A stretch of 64,000 nucleotides of DNA from Nitrosarchaeum sp. (GTDB lineage: Archaea > Thermoproteota > Nitrososphaeria > Nitrososphaerales > Nitrosopumilaceae). The position numbers and the translations under genes were made by a program. Shown here piece after piece: positions 1 to 8,177 of this stretch. The DNA lies in NCBI GenBank assembly GCA_965223865.1, contig OZ245020.1:1888001-1952000 (forward strand), given 5' to 3'. Below the pieces are notes generated by a model. It searched no databases, was not told the origin of the DNA, and was given only the letters and a program-made list of their open reading frames with translations. The stretch's first letter is position 1, and each line of letters starts with the position of its first letter.

Positions 1-60
1 ATCAAAACAGTTCACTTCGATGATAGGATTACAATCAATATCAAGAAAAAACAACAATAA
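1..60 (+). CDS. 3' end of an upstream CDS (partial, unknown product)
   Basis: Frame 1 is open from base 1 to TAA at 58-60 (IKTVHFDDRITINIKKKQQ*). Confidence 0.4.
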   Translation: MKTVHFDDRITINIKKKQQ

Positions 61-249
61 CGATATTTCGACATTCATTAAATAATTGTATGATCTTTGG
101 TCGATTACACTTATGTTCATCCATGTCTAATATGGTCTAGGGAGGACCAATAACGTCTCTAACCCGTAAGCCGTTCCAAAATTCGCCTGAATTTTAGGTT
201 CTCCCATTTCTTCCTTTTATGCAAATGACCATCATATTTTAGAAATCTG

Positions 250-1041
250 ATGAGGCACGTTGAGCTAGTAGCGTTTGAGAACGACTCCATTTTGCACCAA
301 AAGGCCCTGTCATTGCCTGTAGGCAAGGTGTCATTAAGACAGTTGGGAATACTGGTTGTAGGAATACTGGCTGTATTTTCAACCTATGCAATCACTGACA
401 ACATCATTGTGCCTGCAATACTTTTTGCAGTATTTCTGGGAATTGGTCTGCCAAACACCAAGATAATGACGCCAGATCAGATGATAAAAAGTGTGATTTT
501 GTTTCTGATTAGAGGAACATCACTTTCAAAGAAACCAGAGTATATGCAAAAAGATGGGAAATTAAAATCAAATTCTAAAGAACAAAAAGATAACCAGAAC
601 AACTACATTCAAAGCTCTGAAATCCAGTCAAACAACAACACCATAATGTCAAAAATCATCTCACAACTAGAATCTCTTTACAAAAAGAAAGAATCAACAG
701 AATCAAAACAAGATAAAAACATTGTAACAACCAACAAGGACAAGAACTATTCTGTCAAAGTAGAATTAACTCCAGAAAATATGTTAAACATAACTCCAAT
801 AAAGACAATAAGAAACAAAAATCACGAGAGCAATTCAATTGATAAACTACTAAGCTCATTGACAACTTCAAAAAATAATTTACATGATCAGAAAGATTCA
901 GACTTTTTACAGGAACATATGTCTATTTTGTTAGATAATAATAAAATAGAATCAGACAAAATTATATCAAAAAATGATTCTGCTTCTGTTCTCTTGGATA
1001 AAAATTCAAAGTATGACATTGAGATAATTGTGGATAAATGA
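250..1041 (+). CDS. PrgI-like membrane protein (conjugation accessory) with low-complexity N/K/S-rich C-terminal region
   Basis: 'VSLRQLGIL' motif followed by two hydrophobic helices, as in the PrgI family; VirB4-like ATPase nearby. Confidence 0.6.
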   Translation: MRHVELVAFENDSILHQKALSLPVGKVSLRQLGILVVGILAVFSTYAITDNIIVPAILFAVFLGIGLPNTKIMTPDQMIKSVILFLIRGTSLSKKPEYMQKDGKLKSNSKEQKDNQNNYIQSSEIQSNNNTIMSKIISQLESLYKKKESTESKQDKNIVTTNKDKNYSVKVELTPENMLNITPIKTIRNKNHESNSIDKLLSSLTTSKNNLHDQKDSDFLQEHMSILLDNNKIESDKIISKNDSASVLLDKNSKYDIEIIVDK

Positions 1042-1121
1042 CAGCTTCAAATTAAAACGTCATAGATAAAAACTTCACTGTCAATTGATCACTTTTTCTT
1101 TAATAGAATTATTGTGTTATG

Positions 1122-1244
1122 TTACATGTTCATGCAAATAGGGCCTGTATTGTTGTTGACGTAACATGAAGATGGTGTGGTAACAGTAAACCTTGCTTTT
1201 CGAATATCTGGTCCTATTTCGTGAAAAGTAGGTGAATCTGCCAT
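1122..1244 (-). CDS. Possible 40-aa peptide (MADSPTFHEIGPDIRKARFTVTTPSSCYVNNNTGPICMNM)
   Basis: ATG to TAA ORF divergent from the 1307 gene across an AT-rich 62-bp gap; below the ORF-track cutoff. Confidence 0.3.
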   Translation of the reverse strand: MADSPTFHEIGPDIRKARFTVTTPSSCYVNNNTGPICMNM

Positions 1245-1306
1245 GTTATTTTATTGCTGTTGCCACATTATTTTTTGCCTTTTATCAAATTCAACATGTA
1301 CAGTTA

Positions 1307-1669
1307 ATGCTGAAAAGTAGATCAGGAGACCTGAAGGAAGGCGAGTCCTTTGGTGGTTTTATTGCCAAGCTTGCAGTCGCTTTGGTTGCAGTGATAATAG
1401 TTGCAACAATCGTGCCTGATGTGTTGGGCCTGAACATTGCCGAATTGTGTGTTGAAGAAGACACCATACTGGGAGGCATAACCGGCAACCACTGTGGTGA
1501 TGATTCTGTGTTCTTGACTGATGCAGTCAAAACAATCGTAGGTGACGGATACAGTATGCTGCTTGTGCTGATTGGCCTTGCATTCATAGGATTTGGTGCC
1601 TACAAAGGTGTTCAATACCGAATACTCAGTTCTCCTGAAGAAATCAAAACAACCGAAAAAAGACAGTAA
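1307..1669 (+). CDS. Small two-helix membrane protein, pilin-like candidate
   Basis: Probable ATG at 1307; charged N-terminal leader, two long hydrophobic segments around a loop with two Cys. Confidence 0.55.
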   Translation: MLKSRSGDLKEGESFGGFIAKLAVALVAVIIVATIVPDVLGLNIAELCVEEDTILGGITGNHCGDDSVFLTDAVKTIVGDGYSMLLVLIGLAFIGFGAYKGVQYRILSSPEEIKTTEKRQ

Positions 1670-1679
1670 CAATAAGAAA

Positions 1680-2138
1680 ATGAATTACGTTACCAAAAAA
1701 CCTCAAAAATCAACTGTATTTTTGGTGATGTTTTACTCGTTGTTGCTGTCTCCTCTATTTTTTTACATATGGGTTTTTGAAAGGCCAGAAATTCCAATAG
1801 TTTTGATAGTTTCCTTGTATTGTGTTTGGCTAGTATCGATGATTATGGATATGAGAATCACTTTGTCCATAAAAAGTCTAATTGTGTTGTATGAATCAAA
1901 CATAATTTTTAGAAATCTTTATGCAAAGTACAGACCAGCTGTTGCAATTCTAATACAGCTATTAGTTGAAACATCGTTTGTCTTGTTGATTCCATCTTTG
2001 ATTTTTCCACGTGAGTTTGGTGTAAAATTATTTTTTGATTATCAAACATCTGCAGTTTTGGCTGGAATTATCAGTGTAATTCATTTTATGGCATGGAGAA
2101 ATAACAAGAGGATGATACGATTGATTAAAGAGATTTAG
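1680..2138 (+). CDS. Multi-pass membrane protein, DUF5658-like
   Basis: Probable ATG at 1680; about four TM segments with a D-x3-T ... E-x-N motif (DMRIT...YESN). Confidence 0.5.
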   Translation: MNYVTKKPQKSTVFLVMFYSLLLSPLFFYIWVFERPEIPIVLIVSLYCVWLVSMIMDMRITLSIKSLIVLYESNIIFRNLYAKYRPAVAILIQLLVETSFVLLIPSLIFPREFGVKLFFDYQTSAVLAGIISVIHFMAWRNNKRMIRLIKEI

Positions 2139-2189
2139 AAGATATCGAATACAAATTCTTTAATTTCTTTATAGCCTTTTATTTGAGCG

Positions 2190-2300
2190 ATGAGAACTGT
2201 ATGTAAGGATAAACATGATGATGATTATGAACAAAACATACACGTTAGAAAACCGTATGTTGTTGAGCACTTTATTCAATGTCTCTTTTGTAGACTTTGA
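2190..2300 (+). CDS. Possible 36-aa Cys/His microprotein
   Basis: MRTVCKDKH...IQCLFCRL*; CxxxH plus CxxC; ends just before the inverted repeats. Confidence 0.25.
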   Translation: MRTVCKDKHDDDYEQNIHVRKPYVVEHFIQCLFCRL

Positions 2301-2313
2301 CAGAAACAAAGAA

Positions 2314-2416
2314 AAGCTGTAAAAGCTGTAAGAAATTTGGGATTTAGATTTATTTTTTAGCTAATATTTTTTTAAAAAATATTTGGAGAGGAGAAAACAT
2401 ACAGCTTTTACAGCTT
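2314..2416. repeat. Perfect 17-bp inverted repeat built of tandem 9-mers, flanking an AT-rich palindromic core (origin-like)
   Basis: AAGCTGTAAAAGCTGTA (2314-2330) and TACAGCTTTTACAGCTT (2400-2416); central near-palindrome AATA-T7-A6-TATT at 2363-2383. Confidence 0.85.
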
Positions 2417-2587
2417 CTAGGCATGAACAGGCTTAAGTCCTTAACATAATTTTACATTGATGTTGCTAGAATCAAACAGCGTAATCTCTTCATATTAAGA
2501 GGTTCAACTGGTTCGAACCTTATGACTAATCGAGTTCATATGGACTTCACATGTTAATTTTCAGTCTTTGTTCCAAGTTTTCAGTAG

Positions 2588-2728
2588 CAATATACACTCT
2601 CATCTGATTTGTTAAATCTAAACATGATGGATTTTCTTAACAATTTACTTCCTGTAACATTAGGAAATATAGTGGGAGGTTCAATTTTTATCAGTCTTTC
2701 GTACTGGATTTCATATATTCGAAAATAA
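2588..2728 (+). pseudogene. C-terminal remnant of a formate/nitrite transporter (FNT family)
   Basis: Translates to ...[32 protein letters not shown], carrying the FNT '[10 protein letters not shown]' signature; in-frame stop at 2585-2587 and no upstream gene body. Confidence 0.75.
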
Positions 2729-2803
2729 TTCAGATGAATGATGAAAATGTAATGTGAACCAAAAATTGATCATGTTAAAATAAACCTATGACTCACCAAG
2801 GGT

Positions 2804-3397
2804 ATGTCTACTAACTATAAAGAAAAGATCGGTGAACTCGTTGGAGTGGAAGTAATAGAGAAGAATGGTATTGATGTTGAGAAACTAAGAAATCTACTTT
2901 TAGCAGGAGTAGGAGCTGAATTTACCACATATTACTACTACACAATCCTCCGAATGCATTGCACTGGACAAGATGGAGAGGGTCTCAAAGAAATAGTTGA
3001 AGATGCCAGAATTGAAGACAGAAATCACTTCGAAGCAATGGTTCCAAGACTATACGAGATTGGAGGTGCACTTCCCAGAGACATCCGAAAATTCGCTGAT
3101 GTGGCGGGGTGTCCTGACGCATTCCTACCAGACAACTGGGAGAATGTAGAAGAGATTCTCAAGGTTCTTCTTGAAGCAGAAAGATGTGCAATCCGTTCTT
3201 GGGGCGAAGTATGTGACTATACAATGAACAAAGACCATAGAACTTATGCTATTGCTCAGGCAATTATGCAAGAAGAGATTGAACATGAAGCTTGGTTTGT
3301 AGAACTCCTAACCAAGAGACCATCGGGACATTTCAGACGATCATTTGTTGGTCAATCCCCACACACAAAGGGACAAGGTGGATTAATACACCTGTAA
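2804..3397 (+). CDS. dps: DPS-like protein (DpsL, ferritin superfamily)
   Basis: [19 protein letters not shown] and EIEH di-iron motifs, GCPDAFLP thioferritin Cys motif. Confidence 0.9.
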   Translation: MSTNYKEKIGELVGVEVIEKNGIDVEKLRNLLLAGVGAEFTTYYYYTILRMHCTGQDGEGLKEIVEDARIEDRNHFEAMVPRLYEIGGALPRDIRKFADVAGCPDAFLPDNWENVEEILKVLLEAERCAIRSWGEVCDYTMNKDHRTYAIAQAIMQEEIEHEAWFVELLTKRPSGHFRRSFVGQSPHTKGQGGLIHL

Positions 3398-3433
3398 GAA
3401 TTTATAAAAATTCTTCTTTTATTTTTATTAATC

Positions 3434-3790
3434 ATGTTTCGTATCTGTAAGGCTGCAGAAATTAAAGACAACTCTATGAACAAGTTTACTGTAGATAAAA
3501 AGGACATTCTTGTAGGGAAAAGAAACGGTAAGTTATTTGCTTGTGATAATTGGTGTCCTCATAGAGGAGCATCTATGCACAAAGGTTTCTACAAGGAAGA
3601 CAACATAGTTTGCTATATGCATGATTATGAGTTTGACATTGAATCAGGAAAACTCACTAACATGAAGTCTTGGAAAAAAAGTGATACTTGGGTTGAACAG
3701 AATCCTGCATGGAGAGCATCAGGCGATCTTATTATGTATGATGTTGAGATAATGGGTGATGATATTTACCTTAAACTCCGAGAAAAATAA
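3434..3790 (+). CDS. Rieske [2Fe-2S] ferredoxin
   Basis: CPHRG ... CYMH ligand motifs. Confidence 0.9.
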   Translation: MFRICKAAEIKDNSMNKFTVDKKDILVGKRNGKLFACDNWCPHRGASMHKGFYKEDNIVCYMHDYEFDIESGKLTNMKSWKKSDTWVEQNPAWRASGDLIMYDVEIMGDDIYLKLREK

Positions 3791-3829
3791 TCTACTCAAG
3801 TTTTTATTTATAAATTCAAAATATACATC

Positions 3830-4099
3830 ATGGTTAAAAAACGAAAACCTGTACTTTTCATTGATGATAGCAAGGAATCAAGTGCCGCCATCCAGTTACT
3901 AGAAAATGAAAAAATTGAATATACTCCTTATCACATTAAAAAATTTGAAGAAAGTTGTTGCGGAGAAGTTCCAACTACTACAACACCATCAGTTTTTGCG
4001 CCAGATGGAGTCTTTCAAGGCTTTGATGGAGTTAGAGATTATATCGTCTATAGAAAAAGTGAACAATATGATGATGAAAGTCCAAGTGCATACTGGTAA
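3830..4099 (+). CDS. Small glutaredoxin/thioredoxin-fold-like protein with SCCG motif
   Basis: Glutaredoxin-like spacing (LLENEKIEY...TPSVF...G), no N-terminal CxxC, vicinal Cys pair. Confidence 0.5.
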   Translation: MVKKRKPVLFIDDSKESSAAIQLLENEKIEYTPYHIKKFEESCCGEVPTTTTPSVFAPDGVFQGFDGVRDYIVYRKSEQYDDESPSAYW

Positions 4100-4137
4100 A
4101 TGAGTATCAACATTACTGGAAATTTTAGGGGCATAAA

Positions 4138-4317
4138 ATGGATCCTGAAAAAAGAAAAGAGTATCTAAAAGAATATCGTTCTAGGCCAGAAGTCAAGGAA
4201 CATGAGAAGCAATACAGAAAAGAGTATTACTCAAGACCAGAAATTAAGGAACGGCAAAATGCATATCAACTACAGAGATACATAGAGAATAATCTAAAAA
4301 GAGAAAAAAAGAAATGA
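4138..4317 (+). CDS. 59-aa charged helical protein with KEY-x-SRPE-x-KE repeat
   Basis: ATG to TGA ORF with internal duplication KEYRSRPEVKE / KEYYSRPEIKE. Confidence 0.55.
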   Translation: MDPEKRKEYLKEYRSRPEVKEHEKQYRKEYYSRPEIKERQNAYQLQRYIENNLKREKKK

Positions 4318-4467
4318 AAAGATTCACAGATTTTAGAAGTTACTTATTATGTAAAAACATATTTTCTTAAACGATTAAATTTTGATTGATATTTTAAGAA
4401 ATTATTTTTAAAATTATAATTGCATTTCAGATACTTTTCCCTTTTATTAAATTCAATATCATAATTT

Positions 4468-6408
4468 GTGAAATCGATTTCAATCCTTTCAAAGGAGAAA
4501 AATAAACAAAAGAATAATCAAAATACAAATTCAGTCAAGAAAACTGACAATAACGATCCAAATCAATTCAAGTACAGCTATAGTATAATCCCAACCAACT
4601 TTGTCAATTTATCAGAAGAAAACCAGACACAAAAGATGGGACAGTTCTTTGATATTCTAAGAGTCATAGAAGACAGAATCAAAATTACAATGTCTCGAAG
4701 GATGGTTCCCATAACTGTAGAAGGCCAGACAGTAGACATGCCAGTTATGCAAATTCATCTAGAATCACATCAGCCACTAAGTGATGTTTTAGATCAAATT
4801 AAGGTAGAATACATTTCAGGTGACAGGCCGCCAAAAAGTCAGATTGTAAGGGAAAATCTCAGTAATATGGAAATTATTCAAACTGTTCATGAAAATAATG
4901 ATAATGAATTTGTTGAAAATAATTACAACAATTCAATTTTTGCCCAATGTTTTTCGCTCTATAATCTTCCTGCCACTTTACCATACGCATGGATCACCAA
5001 CATCTTTGGATTGTGTTCACAAGTTCAGATTATGATAAATCCTGTTGCAAAGGATGAGGCCATTACACGAATGGTCAGATTCAAAAATATCATCTATGAG
5101 GATTCCAAAAAAGACAGATCTACAGCTGAGCTTTACAAAAGGGCTGATGATACTGAAAATTCTCTGAGACGAGATGATACTGGACTGTATGAATGTGTAA
5201 TCAACTGTATGGTCACTGCACAAAACAAAAAACAGTTACATGATAATTCTAAATTATTTAAAAAACAAGTAAAAAGATATGGTGGCTCATTTGGTGTGGT
5301 TTCAGCAAAACAGGCTGCAATGTTAATTGAGGGATATGGCAAGAAACTAACGTTAGATAGAGGAAGTTGTGTAATTTTGTATTCATTTGTATCAGCTGAC
5401 ATGCTGGAAATTCCAAACGGAATACCATTGGGAATCAACATGATATCAAAGGGACCAGTTATTTTTGATATTGCAAAAAGAACAAACTATAACATTGCAG
5501 TAATTGGAAAAAGCGGTTCAGGAAAATCATTTACTGTAAAGATTTTACTAAACAGATTACACCAGAAATTTCCATACTCTCACATCTTTGTGATTGATCC
5601 TATGGGAGAATATGGTGCAATCTCCCAGTTTTTTGGAATGCAAAATTTGAACATCACCAAAAATGATGAACATTTGGGATTGGATCCGTTTGTTTTACTG
5701 GAACCGCAGGATGCAGCTGACATTCTGGCAGAGATGACTAATGCGCCAGACACCACAAAGATACAGTTTCAAAAGTATTGTGACAAGGCAAAAAACATGA
5801 AGGAATTTTATGACAAATTAACACCAAGACACAGAAAATATCTGGATCATCTGATGGATGGTCCTCTGTCTAGAATAATCCTAGGAGAACCAAAACTGAA
5901 TGACTCCAAGAAAATTATCATTTCAATGGATGGTGCAACTGGAAATGATTCAGAATCAATGGTACTCGTGTTGTTGTTAAATAAGATTTTCAAGATTTGT
6001 AATCAATTACCAACTAAAACAAGAAAGATTTTGGTGATTGATGAGGTATGGATGTTATTCAAGATGCCAGGAGCTGCAAAGTATGTCAACATGATAGTGA
6101 GAATGGGCAGGAAACTAAACATCAACTTTATCTTTATTTCACAAAGAATCGAGGACATTTCAAAAGAGGATGACACTGGAATTGGAAAAATCATAGACAA
6201 CATGGAGACCAAAATCATTTTGGGATTGGAAGAACAGGCAGCTGAAACTGCAAGAAAAGTTTTGAATTTGTCAGATCAGGAAACCAGCAAACTAAAGTCA
6301 TTTAATCGTGGTCATGCATTGTTTTTGACTAAAAATCATCGAATTCATGCAAAGTTTGAACCTACTTCACAAGAAAAAGAGATGTTTGATACGACACCTT
6401 TGGAATAA
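4468..6408 (+). CDS. VirB4/TraE-like conjugative ATPase (HerA/FtsK superfamily)
   Basis: Walker A GKSGSGKS, VIDPMGEY, Walker B LVIDEVW, RMGRK, ISQ motifs; long N-terminal domain. Confidence 0.85.
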   Translation: MKSISILSKEKNKQKNNQNTNSVKKTDNNDPNQFKYSYSIIPTNFVNLSEENQTQKMGQFFDILRVIEDRIKITMSRRMVPITVEGQTVDMPVMQIHLESHQPLSDVLDQIKVEYISGDRPPKSQIVRENLSNMEIIQTVHENNDNEFVENNYNNSIFAQCFSLYNLPATLPYAWITNIFGLCSQVQIMINPVAKDEAITRMVRFKNIIYEDSKKDRSTAELYKRADDTENSLRRDDTGLYECVINCMVTAQNKKQLHDNSKLFKKQVKRYGGSFGVVSAKQAAMLIEGYGKKLTLDRGSCVILYSFVSADMLEIPNGIPLGINMISKGPVIFDIAKRTNYNIAVIGKSGSGKSFTVKILLNRLHQKFPYSHIFVIDPMGEYGAISQFFGMQNLNITKNDEHLGLDPFVLLEPQDAADILAEMTNAPDTTKIQFQKYCDKAKNMKEFYDKLTPRHRKYLDHLMDGPLSRIILGEPKLNDSKKIIISMDGATGNDSESMVLVLLLNKIFKICNQLPTKTRKILVIDEVWMLFKMPGAAKYVNMIVRMGRKLNINFIFISQRIEDISKEDDTGIGKIIDNMETKIILGLEEQAAETARKVLNLSDQETSKLKSFNRGHALFLTKNHRIHAKFEPTSQEKEMFDTTPLE

Positions 6409-6497
6409 GTGTTTTGAAAAAATGATACAAAAATGATAAAAATTGGGTATGGAGATAGAGTTTGAAGATATGGAGAAAACAATGAGGAGTGATAAAA

Positions 6498-7172
6498 CTA
6501 TTCTGTACTCTTAGAATAACATGTGGTTAATGTCCAGCCTTTTAAATCCTCTACAAGATAAGGGTATTTTTCAATCTGTTCTTCATTAAAAGTTGTTATT
6601 TTTGGTCCATCAATGTTATCCCCATTCATACAGTAATTATTTTTATTAAATTCTAATAATGAAGAATATGGATCCACCCATAAAATATCTGTGTGAACAC
6701 CTAAACTTACATCATTATTTGTACAAGTAAATGCAATTGTATTTTGAGGATCAGATAGTATTGAAGTTACCCCATTAGACAATATTCCCAAACATACATG
6801 TTCTGCAATTTCCTCAAAATCATTTGAAAATACTACAACTATGTCATCTCCTTCATAATACAAAGATGCGGGTTCAATATCTGAAGCAACCGGAATTTCT
6901 AGTGCCGTAGCCAAATACACATTAGAAGTACCACTTGTACTACCTTTTTGATATTGCTGAAACCAAGGGGTTTCAGTTGCATCATTTCTCTTAATGGAAT
7001 CATGATATTGATAATACAAATATGTTCCATTAGGAGTTGCAACAATCACATATCTGAGATTCTTAAATAGTTCATTGTCTTCAGACCAATTAAGACGTCT
7101 ATCTGAATCTAGTTTTAATAGAAAATCCCGTGTGTTATCGGAATATTTAGAGATGCAACACAACCAGATCAA
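6498..7172 (-). CDS. Hypothetical protein, start uncertain, possibly 5'-truncated
   Basis: 224-aa ORF, no recognisable motif; overlaps an opposite-strand ORF. Confidence 0.5.
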   Translation of the reverse strand: MIWLCCISKYSDNTRDFLLKLDSDRRLNWSEDNELFKNLRYVIVATPNGTYLYYQYHDSIKRNDATETPWFQQYQKGSTSGTSNVYLATALEIPVASDIEPASLYYEGDDIVVVFSNDFEEIAEHVCLGILSNGVTSILSDPQNTIAFTCTNNDVSLGVHTDILWVDPYSSLLEFNKNNYCMNGDNIDGPKITTFNEEQIEKYPYLVEDLKGWTLTTCYSKSTE

Positions 7173-7323
7173 GGGATTTGATAGATTTAATCCAAATGTT
7201 CAAGCAAAAGCTGATGCTAGATTGTTAGAACAGTTACATGAGCATCCAGGATCTGCTGGAAAGATATTTGAAAATATGAAAAATAGAAGTATTAATGAAA
7301 CAATGAGAGATACATCTTTCTGA
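7075..7323 (+). CDS. Hypothetical protein or C-terminal gene remnant
   Basis: Protein-like 82-aa ORF, converging tail-to-tail with the 7327 gene. Confidence 0.35.
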   Translation: MSSDQLRRLSESSFNRKSRVLSEYLEMQHNQIKGFDRFNPNVQAKADARLLEQLHEHPGSAGKIFENMKNRSINETMRDTSF

Positions 7324-7326
7324 TTT

Positions 7327-8052
7327 TCATTTTCTTCCATACAAAGATTTTAGCTCTTCTAATGGAACTTTGGGATATAGTTCTAATTCATCGGAAATTT
7401 GATTTTCTTTTTCACACAAACTTAATCCTTTGGTACCTATTGTAATCCATTGTTCCGCTTCTGTTTCGTAAATAACTGATTCATGATTTGATTTCGGACG
7501 TAGTCTTCCAGTAACTATTTCATTAGTTAACATTTCATCTTTCATTGTAGGTAGTAAGAACCATACAGGATTACCATCCTGATTTTCACGTAATATTGAT
7601 GGATACCCATATCTAAATTCAATCTTTTCTTCTTCTAGTATTATTCCAAAATTGGCACCCATTTCTTTATCATATTGAATTTGAATTTCTCTTGTTCTAG
7701 CATTCGGTACTTTTTCCAATCGTTGATTCAAAGTAACAAAAGCTTTCCTCTCCTCATCATACCAACAATCATTCCACACATTGTGATCTGGAATGTCAGA
7801 AGGTACTTTATCAGAACGAGTTATTGGCATTGTAATAGAACGGTCTAAATTTTTCTGAATATTTTCAATCGCTTGTTTTGTATTGTTGATTTCAGTCAGA
7901 ATATCTAGCCTTGTCTTTTGTTTGTCTGGATGATCATTTTTGATAGAATCCAACTTTTGTTCTAATTCTGATAATTCCGATTGTAATGGCTTTAACATCT
8001 CTTCAAATCTACTAATGTATGGGTTTTGAGTCAATGTACTGCTCATGTACAA
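7327..8052 (-). CDS. Hypothetical protein with N-terminal coiled coil
   Basis: 241-aa ORF; heptad pattern in about residues 15-70. Confidence 0.7.
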   Translation of the reverse strand: MYMSSTLTQNPYISRFEEMLKPLQSELSELEQKLDSIKNDHPDKQKTRLDILTEINNTKQAIENIQKNLDRSITMPITRSDKVPSDIPDHNVWNDCWYDEERKAFVTLNQRLEKVPNARTREIQIQYDKEMGANFGIILEEEKIEFRYGYPSILRENQDGNPVWFLLPTMKDEMLTNEIVTGRLRPKSNHESVIYETEAEQWITIGTKGLSLCEKENQISDELELYPKVPLEELKSLYGRK

Positions 8053-8104
8053 TTACGCTCCATTTGCATAAAAGTACTCCGACTCTTGCCTGTTTGCATA
8101 TTTT

Positions 8105-8151
8105 TATTAGTACTAATATTCTATATATTGTTTTCGTTATTAGTACTAATA
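8105..8151. promoter_or_regulatory. Twin palindromic operator sites TATTAGTACTAATA
   Basis: Identical perfect 14-bp palindromes at 8105-8118 and 8138-8151 between divergent genes. Confidence 0.75.
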
Positions 8152-8177
8152 TATCATAGTAACATGTCATAGATATA

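Noticed and set aside
133-205. Self-cleaving ribozyme (hammerhead, twister or HDV-like)
   Set aside because: Core motifs (CUGANGA/GAAA, twister pseudoknots) could not be placed; kept only as a generic structured element
2461-2550. GGTTCGAACC T-loop-like motif with nearby hairpins, a possible tRNA or fourth att scar
   Set aside because: No consistent T-stem or acceptor pairing on either strand; the CAT-containing hairpin has a 6-nt loop
6415-6497. Short direct repeats (AAAAATGATA, TATGGAGA) after the ATPase gene
   Set aside because: Too short and AT-rich to distinguish from chance
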